Shown here: piece after piece, positions 1 to 8,277 of the stretch
Numbering within the stretch: position 1 is the stretch's first letter
Layout: every line of letters begins with the position of its first letter
Translations under genes and position numbers: made by a program
NCBI GenBank assembly: GCA_016934535.1
Contig: JAFGSQ010000016.1
Location: 50,685 to 70,684, forward strand
DNA: 20,000 bases
Source: a candidate division WOR-3 bacterium
GTDB lineage: Bacteria > SDB-A
Direction: 5' to 3'
The notes under the pieces: generated by a model
Database searches by the model: none
Told to the model about the DNA's origin: nothing
What the model saw: the letters and a program-made list of their open reading frames with translations, nothing else

Positions 1-12
1 AAAGAGGATGGA

Positions 13-864
13 ATGGACTTCAAATTCGTCAGAATTCTAGCCAACCCAAATAAGGATTACGCTCCGGTCATGAAGAAAATCATTTCTTTTCTCTCAAAAA
101 GGGGTGTAACGACATTCTTCGGTGAAATCCCGAACGATGAAGAGGACCTCGTGATTTCCCTCGGCGGCGACGGGACCATGCTCAAAGCCGCCAAGACAGT
201 CCGGCACAAAGACATCCCCCTGCTCGGCATCAATCTCGGAAATCTCGGTTTTCTTGCCGACATTAAAGCGCAGGACACTGACCTTTCTCTCGAAGAACTC
301 GCAAGAGGAGATTACAGACTCGAAAGAAGGATCAATCTAAGAGTAGACGGCACTTCTGATGCTCTGAACGATGTAGTGGTAATGCCGAGGATGTCGTTCA
401 GGGTCATTCACCTTCTTTCGTTCGTCAACGGTAACTTCCTGACTGAAATAGTCGGTGACGGGGTTATAATTTCCACTCCTACGGGCTCAACGGCTTATTC
501 GCTTTCCGCAGGAGGTCCGATAGTTCAGTCCGACATGGACCTTATAATCATAAATTCAATATCCCCCCATTCTCTTTCCCTGCGTCCGATCATTATTCCT
601 CCGGACTCAAAAGTAAAAATTACCCTTTGCAGTGAATCCGCTTTTGTAGCGATAGACGGTCAAACAGCAAAAAACATTTCGAAGGGCGATGAAATTGAAA
701 TCGCGAAATCTGATTCTTACACAACTCTTCTCAGACTCAAAAGCGTCGACTATTTTTCGACTCTCCGCTCGAAACTGAAGCTCGGAGACACGAAAATGAA
801 AACGAGCTGCGGCGGCTGTAAGAACAGTTCCAAATGCTATTATTTCAGCATACACGATGATTAA
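13..864 (+). CDS. nadK: NAD(+) kinase with a C-terminal Cys-rich extension
   Basis: Family motifs GGDGT, GINLGNLGFL, LND, GDGVIISTPTGSTAYSLSAGGP and DGQ. GAGGA RBS just upstream of the ATG. The nadK-recN order is a known conserved arrangement. Confidence 0.97.
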   Translation: MDFKFVRILANPNKDYAPVMKKIISFLSKRGVTTFFGEIPNDEEDLVISLGGDGTMLKAAKTVRHKDIPLLGINLGNLGFLADIKAQDTDLSLEELARGDYRLERRINLRVDGTSDALNDVVVMPRMSFRVIHLLSFVNGNFLTEIVGDGVIISTPTGSTAYSLSAGGPIVQSDMDLIIINSISPHSLSLRPIIIPPDSKVKITLCSESAFVAIDGQTAKNISKGDEIEIAKSDSYTTLLRLKSVDYFSTLRSKLKLGDTKMKTSCGGCKNSSKCYYFSIHDD

Positions 865-2497
865 ATCCATAAACATAAAAAACGTGGCGACCATAAAAAA
901 TGCCGAAATTCATTTCGACAAGGGTCTCAATATCATCACCGGAGAAACAGGTGCCGGAAAATCGTTGATTTTCGACGCGATCTCTCTTTCTCTGGGACAT
1001 GAAAGTGACAGAAGATCTTTCAGATCAGACGCCGCACCTCCTGAAATAAAGACAATTTTGACGGACAACTCGGGAAAAGAGATCTTCCTGGAAATAAAAA
1101 TTCAGAGAAAAGGCAGGCCGCCCAGAACTATAGACGGTGAAAAATCCGGCGTAGAACGAGTCAGATCAGTCTCGTCGCAGACAGTTATGATGTTCGGCCA
1201 GAACAGAATTTCGGAACTTCTTAGGCCGGAATTTTTTCACGAATATCTCGACAATTTTTCAGAAAACGACGCCATATTCAGCGCCTATAAAGAATTTTTC
1301 GATAGATACCGTATTCAGATTAAAGAACTCTCAAGGCTTGAAAAAGAAAAACTGGCAGGAGATGAGAGGAAAAGACTCGCGGAATATGAGCTCAAGGAAT
1401 TGAACGACCTGGATATAAAAAGCGGCGAATGGGAAGACATCAATTCTTCCATAAAAAAAATTGAGAATTACGAGAAGATCAAAACTCATCTTCTGAACTG
1501 CGAGGATCTGGTTTGCTCGTCTGAAAACGGTGTGTTTTCAACGATAAAAAAACTCCACAATGAAGCCGTTCAGCTCTCAAGAATAGATACCTCTTACGAT
1601 GAGCTGAACAGCCTGATAGAACAGCTTTCTTTGGCAAGAGAGGAAATAGAAAGAGTTTTAACAAAGATGTCTGATTTCGAATACGATTCCAAAAAGCTGG
1701 GCTCCCTGAGAGAACGCCGGGATCTACTTCATACAGCAATGAGAAAATTCGGCGGTACTTTTGAAAACATGATAAACCGCAGAACAGAACTGCAGGATAT
1801 TCTCTCCGCTTCTTCAGTCTCAGAAGAAACGATCCGTCAAGCGAAAGAAGCTTTGTCATATTTGGAAAAAAAAGTATATGATCTTTCCTCCGCCTTGAGC
1901 GAGAGAAGGAAAAAGTCTTCTTTAAAACTGACAAATCAAATATGCGAAATGCTGGAAAGCCTCGGCTTCAAAGGAGCCAGGTTCAAAGTCGAAATCAACG
2001 AAAAAAAATCCGGCGATCACAGAATCGAAGATGTTTTCCTGGACGAAACCGGCAGAGACGAAGTCGAATTCCTGTTTTCCGCAAATCCGGATCTCAAAAT
2101 GGACACTCTTTCCAAAGTTGTCTCCGGAGGAGAACTTTCGAGGATCGCTCTGGCTATTCAAGCGACAACTATGCAGCAGAGGCTTCTCCCCGTCATTGTG
2201 TTCGATGAAATAGACATCGGCATTTCCGGCAAAACAGCAAGGTCGGTCGGAAAGTACCTTCACGACATGTCTCGTCAGCGGCAGGTCATCGTCATAACGC
2301 ATCTCCCGCAGATAGCATCGTTCGCAGATCATTACATCGTAGTCAACAAAAATGTTTCAGGCGGATCATCCGAAACCGCGATAACATACGCAAACGAATC
2401 TATCGAACGTGTAAAAGCCGTCGCGGCACTTGCAAGCGGCAAGACCGTGACAAAAGAAGCTCTCGATTACGCGCAAAGCCTCATTAATTCAAAATAA
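857..2497 (+). CDS. recN: DNA repair protein RecN
   Basis: Walker A ITGETGAGKS, long coiled coil, FSANP, signature SGGELSR, Walker B VFDEIDIGISG and ITHLPQIA. 546 aa, overlapping the nadK stop by 8 bp. Confidence 0.97.
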   Translation: MIKSINIKNVATIKNAEIHFDKGLNIITGETGAGKSLIFDAISLSLGHESDRRSFRSDAAPPEIKTILTDNSGKEIFLEIKIQRKGRPPRTIDGEKSGVERVRSVSSQTVMMFGQNRISELLRPEFFHEYLDNFSENDAIFSAYKEFFDRYRIQIKELSRLEKEKLAGDERKRLAEYELKELNDLDIKSGEWEDINSSIKKIENYEKIKTHLLNCEDLVCSSENGVFSTIKKLHNEAVQLSRIDTSYDELNSLIEQLSLAREEIERVLTKMSDFEYDSKKLGSLRERRDLLHTAMRKFGGTFENMINRRTELQDILSASSVSEETIRQAKEALSYLEKKVYDLSSALSERRKKSSLKLTNQICEMLESLGFKGARFKVEINEKKSGDHRIEDVFLDETGRDEVEFLFSANPDLKMDTLSKVVSGGELSRIALAIQATTMQQRLLPVIVFDEIDIGISGKTARSVGKYLHDMSRQRQVIVITHLPQIASFADHYIVVNKNVSGGSSETAITYANESIERVKAVAALASGKTVTKEALDYAQSLINSK

Positions 2498-2516
2498 AAC
2501 GCAAAGGAGGCATATT

Positions 2517-3005
2517 ATGGAAATTTCTGCGGTTGAAATTGAGAACGGAAAAGGTTTCAATTTAGTTATCGGGTCCTCTCATTTCATAATGACTCCGGAA
2601 GATATAGCCGAAGCGATCCTGAAAGCCGTCCCTGCAGTGAAGTATGCCGTCTCGTTTTGCGAGGCTTCGGATCCGGCTTTAATCAGGTCCGAAAGCAACG
2701 ATGAAGAACTGCTCGATCTTTCGCAGCGAAACGCAATGGCGGTGGGAGCAGGCCATTCTTTCATAATTTTCGTCAAAGACTGCTATCCAATAAATTTTTT
2801 AAATTCACTGAAAAACCTGCCCGAGATAACAAACATATACTGCGCAACTGCAAATCCTGTTCACGTTATTGTCGCATCAGCCGGCAAAGGAAAGGCCATC
2901 ATCGGAGTCGCCGATGGAAATTCACCGAAAGGTTTTGAAAACAATGAAGAAAGAAAGAAGAGATTCGAATTTCTGAGAAAAATCGGCTACAAACTTTCTT
3001 TCTGA
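2517..3005 (+). CDS. Adenosine-specific kinase family protein (DUF355 / PAE2307-like)
   Basis: Motifs SHFI, FCEAS, GAGHSF, YPIN, IYCATANP, GVADG and the C-terminal FLRKIGYK are typical of this family. AAGGAGG RBS. Confidence 0.88.
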   Translation: MEISAVEIENGKGFNLVIGSSHFIMTPEDIAEAILKAVPAVKYAVSFCEASDPALIRSESNDEELLDLSQRNAMAVGAGHSFIIFVKDCYPINFLNSLKNLPEITNIYCATANPVHVIVASAGKGKAIIGVADGNSPKGFENNEERKKRFEFLRKIGYKLSF

Positions 3006-3101
3006 CGAAACAGCTGTCCTTCCACTTTCTTTGCGTGTAAAATACATTTTTATTGAAATATATTTTAAAGTAGAATTCATACTGTAAAAAAGGAGGATCG
3101 A

Positions 3102-4523
3102 ATGAATTTTTTACTTTTAATAGCATTGACGTCATTGACGGTTAATCAGCTTCCCGTTGGCGGACCCGGAACATATTCCATTAAGGACGAACCCCTGTAT
3201 TTCTCCTTCGAGGCTCAAAGAAGCGGGTATCTTTCAGTCGTCGTCAAAGCGTCTGACGATAATACTGATCTCACTTTAACCGGCAGAGGCCCCAACACTT
3301 ATTTCCTCGATATGTCTCCTGCCGTTGTCGACATAGACGCCGGAGGCAACACGGGTACTGAACAGGCGGTTTTTACCATACAATCGCCGGGAACTTATTA
3401 TTTAATAGTCAATCCATATTCTGCCCTTACTGAAGAAAAAAATTTCGAAGTTCTCGCCTGGTTTTATGAAACCGGCGAACTTATTGAAACCTCCGGCATG
3501 ATAACAGTCGCGGAAAGAAATATAAACGATATGGAAAATTTGTCGGGGAATCTCAATCTTTCAGAACCAATCCAGATATTCATCCCTCAAAACTACGACG
3601 CGTCGTCAAATTTGATATATGTCAGAGCAGAAGCCAGCGAAGACATAATGCTCGAATTATATTCCCCGGAAAATCCTCTTTCTTACATACTGCAATCCGA
3701 TTACGATCTTGAAGGAAATCTCGGCATAGAGGAATTGCTATATTATTCAGGAAAGGAAAAACCTCTGATCGTCGTAAGACCTTATCAGATAACTGACACG
3801 ACAGAAATTTTTTTCAACGTATATTTTGAAACAGTCCCCGAAGACGACAAGCTTACCCTTTCATCAAACAAAGCTGTTGACGAATCATTCATAGACCCGG
3901 ACAATAACGCGCTGTCATATGTTTACAGCGTTTCTATCCCCGAAGACGGCCTTTCGGAAGTAAATCTTTCCTCCGACGACGCCGATCTGGTTCTCATGGC
4001 CTTCTCTGATGACACCATGTATTATTCCGACAACGATTTTGACGGAAATACAGGCCATGAAAAACTTATTCTTCCGGGAGGAAAATATTACATCGTAGTC
4101 ACAAACAATCCGAATTCAAGACAATACTCTGATTTCACGATTGAGGTACTTCATCATCAGGACAGAGATGCCTCCCGCACTAATGCGACAACCTTAAAAC
4201 TCGGAGTCCGCAGCAACGGAGACTTGTCTTACGGGAACTTCGATTTTCAGGATTATTTTGTTTTCACTGCCGATCAAAAAGCGACGTACACTTTTGAAGT
4301 TCAGGGACTTACCGGTGAAGGCGACCTGATAATGGCCGTCGAAGCTTCCGATGGAGAATCACTCCTTTATTCAGACATCGACAACAACGGAGACCCTACT
4401 AACGAAATCTGCACGATCGAACTTGACAGAGGGCAGAAAGTATATGTAAAAATTTATCCGTACTCGGATTATGACGGTGTCTTCACGGACTGCGGATACT
4501 TTTTAATTGTAACGATGGAATGA
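3102..4523 (+). CDS. Putative secreted acidic protein with four tandem PPC-like (pre-peptidase C-terminal) beta-sandwich repeats
   Basis: Strong AAGGAGG RBS and a short hydrophobic N-terminus (MNFLLLIALTSL). Four repeats of D-[LI]-x-[LM]...DxDxxG[ND]xxxE followed by a hydrophobic strand (PGTYYLIV, GGKYYIVV). DYFVF precedes the last repeat. Confidence 0.7.
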   Translation: MNFLLLIALTSLTVNQLPVGGPGTYSIKDEPLYFSFEAQRSGYLSVVVKASDDNTDLTLTGRGPNTYFLDMSPAVVDIDAGGNTGTEQAVFTIQSPGTYYLIVNPYSALTEEKNFEVLAWFYETGELIETSGMITVAERNINDMENLSGNLNLSEPIQIFIPQNYDASSNLIYVRAEASEDIMLELYSPENPLSYILQSDYDLEGNLGIEELLYYSGKEKPLIVVRPYQITDTTEIFFNVYFETVPEDDKLTLSSNKAVDESFIDPDNNALSYVYSVSIPEDGLSEVNLSSDDADLVLMAFSDDTMYYSDNDFDGNTGHEKLILPGGKYYIVVTNNPNSRQYSDFTIEVLHHQDRDASRTNATTLKLGVRSNGDLSYGNFDFQDYFVFTADQKATYTFEVQGLTGEGDLIMAVEASDGESLLYSDIDNNGDPTNEICTIELDRGQKVYVKIYPYSDYDGVFTDCGYFLIVTME

Positions 4524-4531
4524 ATTCGAAA

Positions 4532-4604
4532 GGGGCAGTAGCTCAGATGGAAGAGCGCCTCCCTCGCACGGAGGAGGCCGGCGGTTCGAATCCGCTCTGC
4601 TCCA
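4532..4604 (+). tRNA. tRNA-Ala (anticodon CGC), CCA not encoded
   Basis: Acceptor stem GGGGCAG/CTGCTCC with the G3:U70 Ala identity pair and discriminator A. Anticodon stem CCTCC/GGAGG with loop CT-CGC-AC (CGC at 4565-4567). T-loop GTTCGAATC. 73 nt. Confidence 0.96.
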
Positions 4605-4645
4605 TTTTTTTCCCTGATCGAATCGAATTCCGAATAATTATAAAA

Positions 4646-4743
4646 GCGGCCGGCCTTTCCGTAGGATGTGCCGGAGAACTCCGCCAGGGCTGGAAGGCAG
4701 CAACGGTATCCAGAGCACTCCTGTCGGGAACAAAGCTGGCCGC
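4646..4743 (+). ncRNA. ffs: Small bacterial signal recognition particle RNA (4.5S)
   Basis: Helix-8 core CCAGGGCT-GGAA-GGCAGCAACGG matches the conserved CAGG..GGAA..AGCA motif. Termini GCGGCCGGC/GCTGGCCGC pair into a long hairpin of about 98 nt. It lies directly upstream of dnaX, a known SRP RNA location. Confidence 0.92.
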
Positions 4744-4761
4744 TTAAAAAAAGGAACGGGG

Positions 4762-6201
4762 ATGAGCGATGATTATCTGATTCTGGCGAGAAGGCTGAGA
4801 CCCGCTGATTTTGAAGGTTTGATAGGTCAAAAACACGTCGTTGAGACCCTTAAAAGCGCTCTCGACAAAGGCAAAGTGGCGCAGGCATATCTTTTCGCAG
4901 GACCGAGAGGAGTAGGCAAAACAACTGCTGCAAGAGTCCTGTCAAAAGCCATAAATTGTGAAAAGGGTGTTTCTTCGAAACCGTGCAATGAGTGCATGCC
5001 CTGCAAGGCTATATCTGAATCTCGTTTTCAGGACGTCATAGAAATAGACGGCGCTTCAAACAGAGGAGTCGACGACATAAGATCTATCAGGGAAAATCTT
5101 TTGTATACGCCTTCATCGCGGGAAAGAATTTACATAATCGACGAAGTTCACATGCTGACAAAAGAAGCTTTCAACGCGCTTTTGAAAACTCTCGAAGAAC
5201 CTCCCCCCTGCACAAGATTCATTTTCGCCACTACAGAACCTGAGAAAGTTCCTCAAACTATAATCTCGAGATGTCAAAGATTCGACTTCAAATTGGTCGG
5301 CGACAAAACCATCTTCGATCATCTTAGAAATATTTGCGACAAAGAATCCATAAAGATTTCAGATGAAGCTCTCAAAATCGTAGTTCGGAAAGCACAAGGT
5401 TCGGTCAGGGATTCTCTGAGCCTTCTCGATCAGATTTCGGTTTATTCCGACATCGACGAATCAAAAGCACGCGAGATACTTGGTGAAGTTGATTTCAGTC
5501 GCATCGAAAAAATAATCGAGGCGGTTTCAGCCAACGACGTCAAAAAAACCCTTTCCCTTTGCGGCAATATAATTGAAGAAGGATACCAGCCCTTTGACAT
5601 CGCGCATTCTCTGGCTCTTGTTCTTTACGAATCTCTCAAAGAAAATTCGCAATACCGGAACATATCAGCCAAACTTGGAGTGGACAGAACCATCAGAGCC
5701 CTCGACCTTCTTTCCTCATTTATCGACGAAAATTCCAAACTGTCGCCGAAAATACGTTTCGAAATACTAGTCGCCAGGATTTCGAGAATGGTTGACACTC
5801 GCAGCATCAAAGATCTCATCCTTAAAATAGAAAAAGAGGAAAAACTCACGACGATTCCTGAAAAACATGAATTTGCCGAACCGGAAAATCAAAACGGCCG
5901 ATGGGAAGAAATGCTGTCTTTGATAAGGTCTGAGAACACCGTTGTTTACCATTATCTGGTCAATTCATCAGCCGCGATTGAAAACGATTCACTAGTAATA
6001 ACTTTACCTAATCCCGGTTTCATTAAACTTCTTCAGAATAAAAAAAATTCGTCGGTCCTGCATAACGCCGCGCTTAAAATTTGGGGTAAAAACATCAAGA
6101 TAAATTTCGCATCAAGCCCGAATGAACCCGACGCAAACAACGACGAAAATGTAAAAAAGCTGAAAAGCCTTTTCGGCGGTGAGGTGATCGAGATTAACTG
6201 A
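4762..6201 (+). CDS. dnaX: DNA polymerase III subunit gamma/tau
   Basis: LARRLRP, Walker A GPRGVGKTT, Zn motif C..PCNECMPC, EIDGASNRGVDD, IIDEVHML, NALLKTLEEPP and SRC. Start moved from 4666 (inside the SRP RNA) to ATG 4762, which follows AAGGA. Confidence 0.96.
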   Translation: MSDDYLILARRLRPADFEGLIGQKHVVETLKSALDKGKVAQAYLFAGPRGVGKTTAARVLSKAINCEKGVSSKPCNECMPCKAISESRFQDVIEIDGASNRGVDDIRSIRENLLYTPSSRERIYIIDEVHMLTKEAFNALLKTLEEPPPCTRFIFATTEPEKVPQTIISRCQRFDFKLVGDKTIFDHLRNICDKESIKISDEALKIVVRKAQGSVRDSLSLLDQISVYSDIDESKAREILGEVDFSRIEKIIEAVSANDVKKTLSLCGNIIEEGYQPFDIAHSLALVLYESLKENSQYRNISAKLGVDRTIRALDLLSSFIDENSKLSPKIRFEILVARISRMVDTRSIKDLILKIEKEEKLTTIPEKHEFAEPENQNGRWEEMLSLIRSENTVVYHYLVNSSAAIENDSLVITLPNPGFIKLLQNKKNSSVLHNAALKIWGKNIKINFASSPNEPDANNDENVKKLKSLFGGEVIEIN

Positions 6202-6212
6202 AAGAGAAAAAT

Positions 6213-6530
6213 ATGCAGAATTTTGATAAAATAATAAAACAAGCGCAAATAATGAAATCCGAAATTGACAGGATTCAAAAAGAGCTTGCATCAGAAAAAT
6301 TTGAGGGAGAATCCGGCGGAGGGATGGTAAAAACCATCGTGAACGGCACTTTTGATCTTCTGTCCGTAAAGATAGAAAAGGAAATCCTCGCTTCCGATGA
6401 CGCAGAAATGCTTGAAGACCTCATTGTGGCAGCTTTCTGCGCGGCTCAGAAGAAAGCAAAAATTGCCGCGCAGGAAAAAATGAAAAATGTTTCCGGACCC
6501 TTCGATTTTCCCGGAGTTTCGTTTAATTGA
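6213..6530 (+). CDS. ybaB: YbaB/EbfC family nucleoid-associated protein
   Basis: KQAQ.M, GESGGGMVK and DAEMLEDLIVAA. Lies between dnaX and recR. Confidence 0.95.
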   Translation: MQNFDKIIKQAQIMKSEIDRIQKELASEKFEGESGGGMVKTIVNGTFDLLSVKIEKEILASDDAEMLEDLIVAAFCAAQKKAKIAAQEKMKNVSGPFDFPGVSFN

Positions 6531-7141
6531 TCACTCTTCCGAAGCATTTAAACGATATTATAGATATATTAGCATCTTTTCCTGGACTGGGCCGAAAAAG
6601 CTCACGCCGCATTCTTTTTCACGTTCTCGCCGAAGGTCCGCATGTTGCGGCACGCCTGGCTGACTCCCTGAAGGAAATGCACGAAAAGACATATTTTTGC
6701 CGAAATTGCGGATGTATTTCGGATTCCGAAAAGTGCTCTGTTTGCAGCGACGCATCGAGGAATAAATCGATACTGTGCGTCGTGGAAAACTTCATCGATC
6801 AGATAGTTCTTGAAAGCACGAATTTCTACGACGGACAATACCATGTTCTAGGAGGAGTTCTTTCTCCTCTTGACGGAATGGGTCCTGAAAAACTCAGCAT
6901 TGATAAACTTGTCGCCAGAATCGGCGGCAATGAAATACGAGAGGTAATAATTGCCACAAATCCCACTCCGGAAGGCAACGCCACTGCTCTGTACATCGCT
7001 GAACTGATTTCGGATTTTAACGTCAAAATAACAAGACTTGGAAGGGGCATCCCTGTGGGCGGAGACATCGATCTTCTCGATTTGGAAACCATCAGACTTT
7101 CGCTTGAAGGCAGAATTGAAATCAAAAAACAGGTTGACTAA
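6527..7141 (+). CDS. recR: Recombination mediator RecR
   Basis: HhH motif PGLGRKSSRR, C4 zinc finger CRNC...CSVC, LCVVE, YHVLGG.LSPLDG and Toprim IIATNPTPEGNATA. TTG start overlapping the ybaB stop. Confidence 0.97.
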   Translation: MITLPKHLNDIIDILASFPGLGRKSSRRILFHVLAEGPHVAARLADSLKEMHEKTYFCRNCGCISDSEKCSVCSDASRNKSILCVVENFIDQIVLESTNFYDGQYHVLGGVLSPLDGMGPEKLSIDKLVARIGGNEIREVIIATNPTPEGNATALYIAELISDFNVKITRLGRGIPVGGDIDLLDLETIRLSLEGRIEIKKQVD

Positions 7142-7162
7142 TAGTGCTATTTCATATAACAA
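7134..7162 (+). promoter_or_regulatory. Candidate sigma70-type promoter for the mglB operon
   Basis: TTGACT (7134-7139), 17 nt spacer, TAACAA (7157-7162), overlapping the recR stop. Same -35 and near-identical -10 as the tRNA-Leu promoter candidate. Confidence 0.45.
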
Positions 7163-7192
7163 ATACTCGTATTCCATGCAAACGGCAGTTTT

Positions 7193-7687
7193 ATGTCTTA
7201 TGAACATATAGATATACTTGAAGAAGACTTTTGGGTCTTGAAAAACATTACTTCGACGTTACAGAAGACAATTGACGCCAGAGTGGTTGTTCTGATTGAC
7301 CGTTCCGGCCAGCCCATTGTGTCGTGCGGTGAAACCGAGGACATTGACATCCTCGCCTTTTCTTCGCTGGTCGCCGCAGATTACGCCGCTACAAGCCACC
7401 TCGCGGGACTTATTGGAGAGAACGCTTTCGCCACTCTTCACCACCAGGGCATTGAAAACAACATTTTCATTCAGATAATAGAAAATAAATTCATCCTGGC
7501 GATAATATTCAAATCTCACACTCCGTTGGGCAGAGTAAAGGTCGAAGCTCTTAGGACAAAGGAAAATCTTACCGATATTTTCCAAAAAATTACGAAAAAG
7601 ATTGAAGAAGACAAGACCGCGGCTTTTCCGACTGAAGACGTCGAAATAGACAATTTCCTCGAAGACTTTTTTGAAGATTTACATTAG
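7193..7687 (+). CDS. mglB: MglB, roadblock/LC7-domain GTPase-activating protein
   Basis: [33 protein letters not shown] and an acidic C-terminal amphipathic helix ([10 protein letters not shown]). Immediately upstream of mglA. Confidence 0.92.
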   Translation: MSYEHIDILEEDFWVLKNITSTLQKTIDARVVVLIDRSGQPIVSCGETEDIDILAFSSLVAADYAATSHLAGLIGENAFATLHHQGIENNIFIQIIENKFILAIIFKSHTPLGRVKVEALRTKENLTDIFQKITKKIEEDKTAAFPTEDVEIDNFLEDFFEDLH

Positions 7688-7695
7688 GAGCATAT

Positions 7696-8277
7696 TTGTC
7701 AGTTATTAACTACGCGTCAAGAGAGATAAACTGCAAGATAGTTTATTACGGACCAGGCCTCGGTGGCAAAACGACAAACCTGAAGAAGATATACGAAAAA
7801 GTGAATCCAAGCCACAGAGGAGAGTTGATATCTTTGGCCACAGACATGGACAGGACGTTATTTTTCGATTTTGTGCCGGTTGATCTCGGTAACATCAGGG
7901 GATTCAAAACCCGTTTTCACCTCTACACTGTTCCCGGACAAGTCTATTATAACGCTTCAAGAAAACTTATTTTGCGCGGCGTTGACGGTGTTATTTTTGT
8001 CGCAGATTCCCAGATAGAAAGACTCGAGGACAACATTGAGAGCATCAGAAATTTGATTGAAAACCTGAAAGAATACAACCTAAAACTCGGTGAAACCCCT
8101 TTTGTCATTCAATACAACAAACGCGATTTGCCGAACATAGCGCCATTGAATCAACTTGAAAAACTCTTAAATCCGTTGAAAGTTCCTTCTTTTGAAGCTG
8201 TCGCCAGCGAAGGTGTAGGAGTTTTCTCCACTTTGAAAGAAATTTCAAAGCTCGTTCTCAAAAGACTCTCCCAATAA
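7696..8277 (+). CDS. mglA: MglA small Ras-like GTPase (Myxococcus-type, group 1)
   Basis: [26 protein letters not shown] (G1), DRTLFFD (G2), YTVPGQV (G3) and QYNKRDLP (G4). TTG start with AGGAG RBS at 7686-7690. Confidence 0.97.
   Translation: MSVINYASREINCKIVYYGPGLGGKTTNLKKIYEKVNPSHRGELISLATDMDRTLFFDFVPVDLGNIRGFKTRFHLYTVPGQVYYNASRKLILRGVDGVIFVADSQIERLEDNIESIRNLIENLKEYNLKLGETPFVIQYNKRDLPNIAPLNQLEKLLNPLKVPSFEAVASEGVGVFSTLKEISKLVLKRLSQ

Noticed and set aside
3036-3070. Near-direct repeat AAATACATTTT / AAATATATTTT upstream of the secreted protein
   Set aside because: Low-complexity AT-rich sequence that cannot be distinguished from chance without orthologous regions.
4520-4747. 75-aa ORF on the + strand
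   Set aside because: It is a translation of tRNA-Ala and the SRP RNA.
4666-4761. 32-aa N-terminal extension of DnaX
   Set aside because: It lies inside the SRP RNA. Homology and the RBS point to ATG 4762.
6151-6183. In-phase A-AAA-AAG slippery heptamer in dnaX (possible gamma/tau -1 frameshift), plus an A7 run at 5542-5548
   Set aside because: The heptamer is only about 14 codons from the stop with just a weak hairpin after it, so it cannot yield a gamma-like product. The A7 run is inside domain III. A-runs are common throughout this window.
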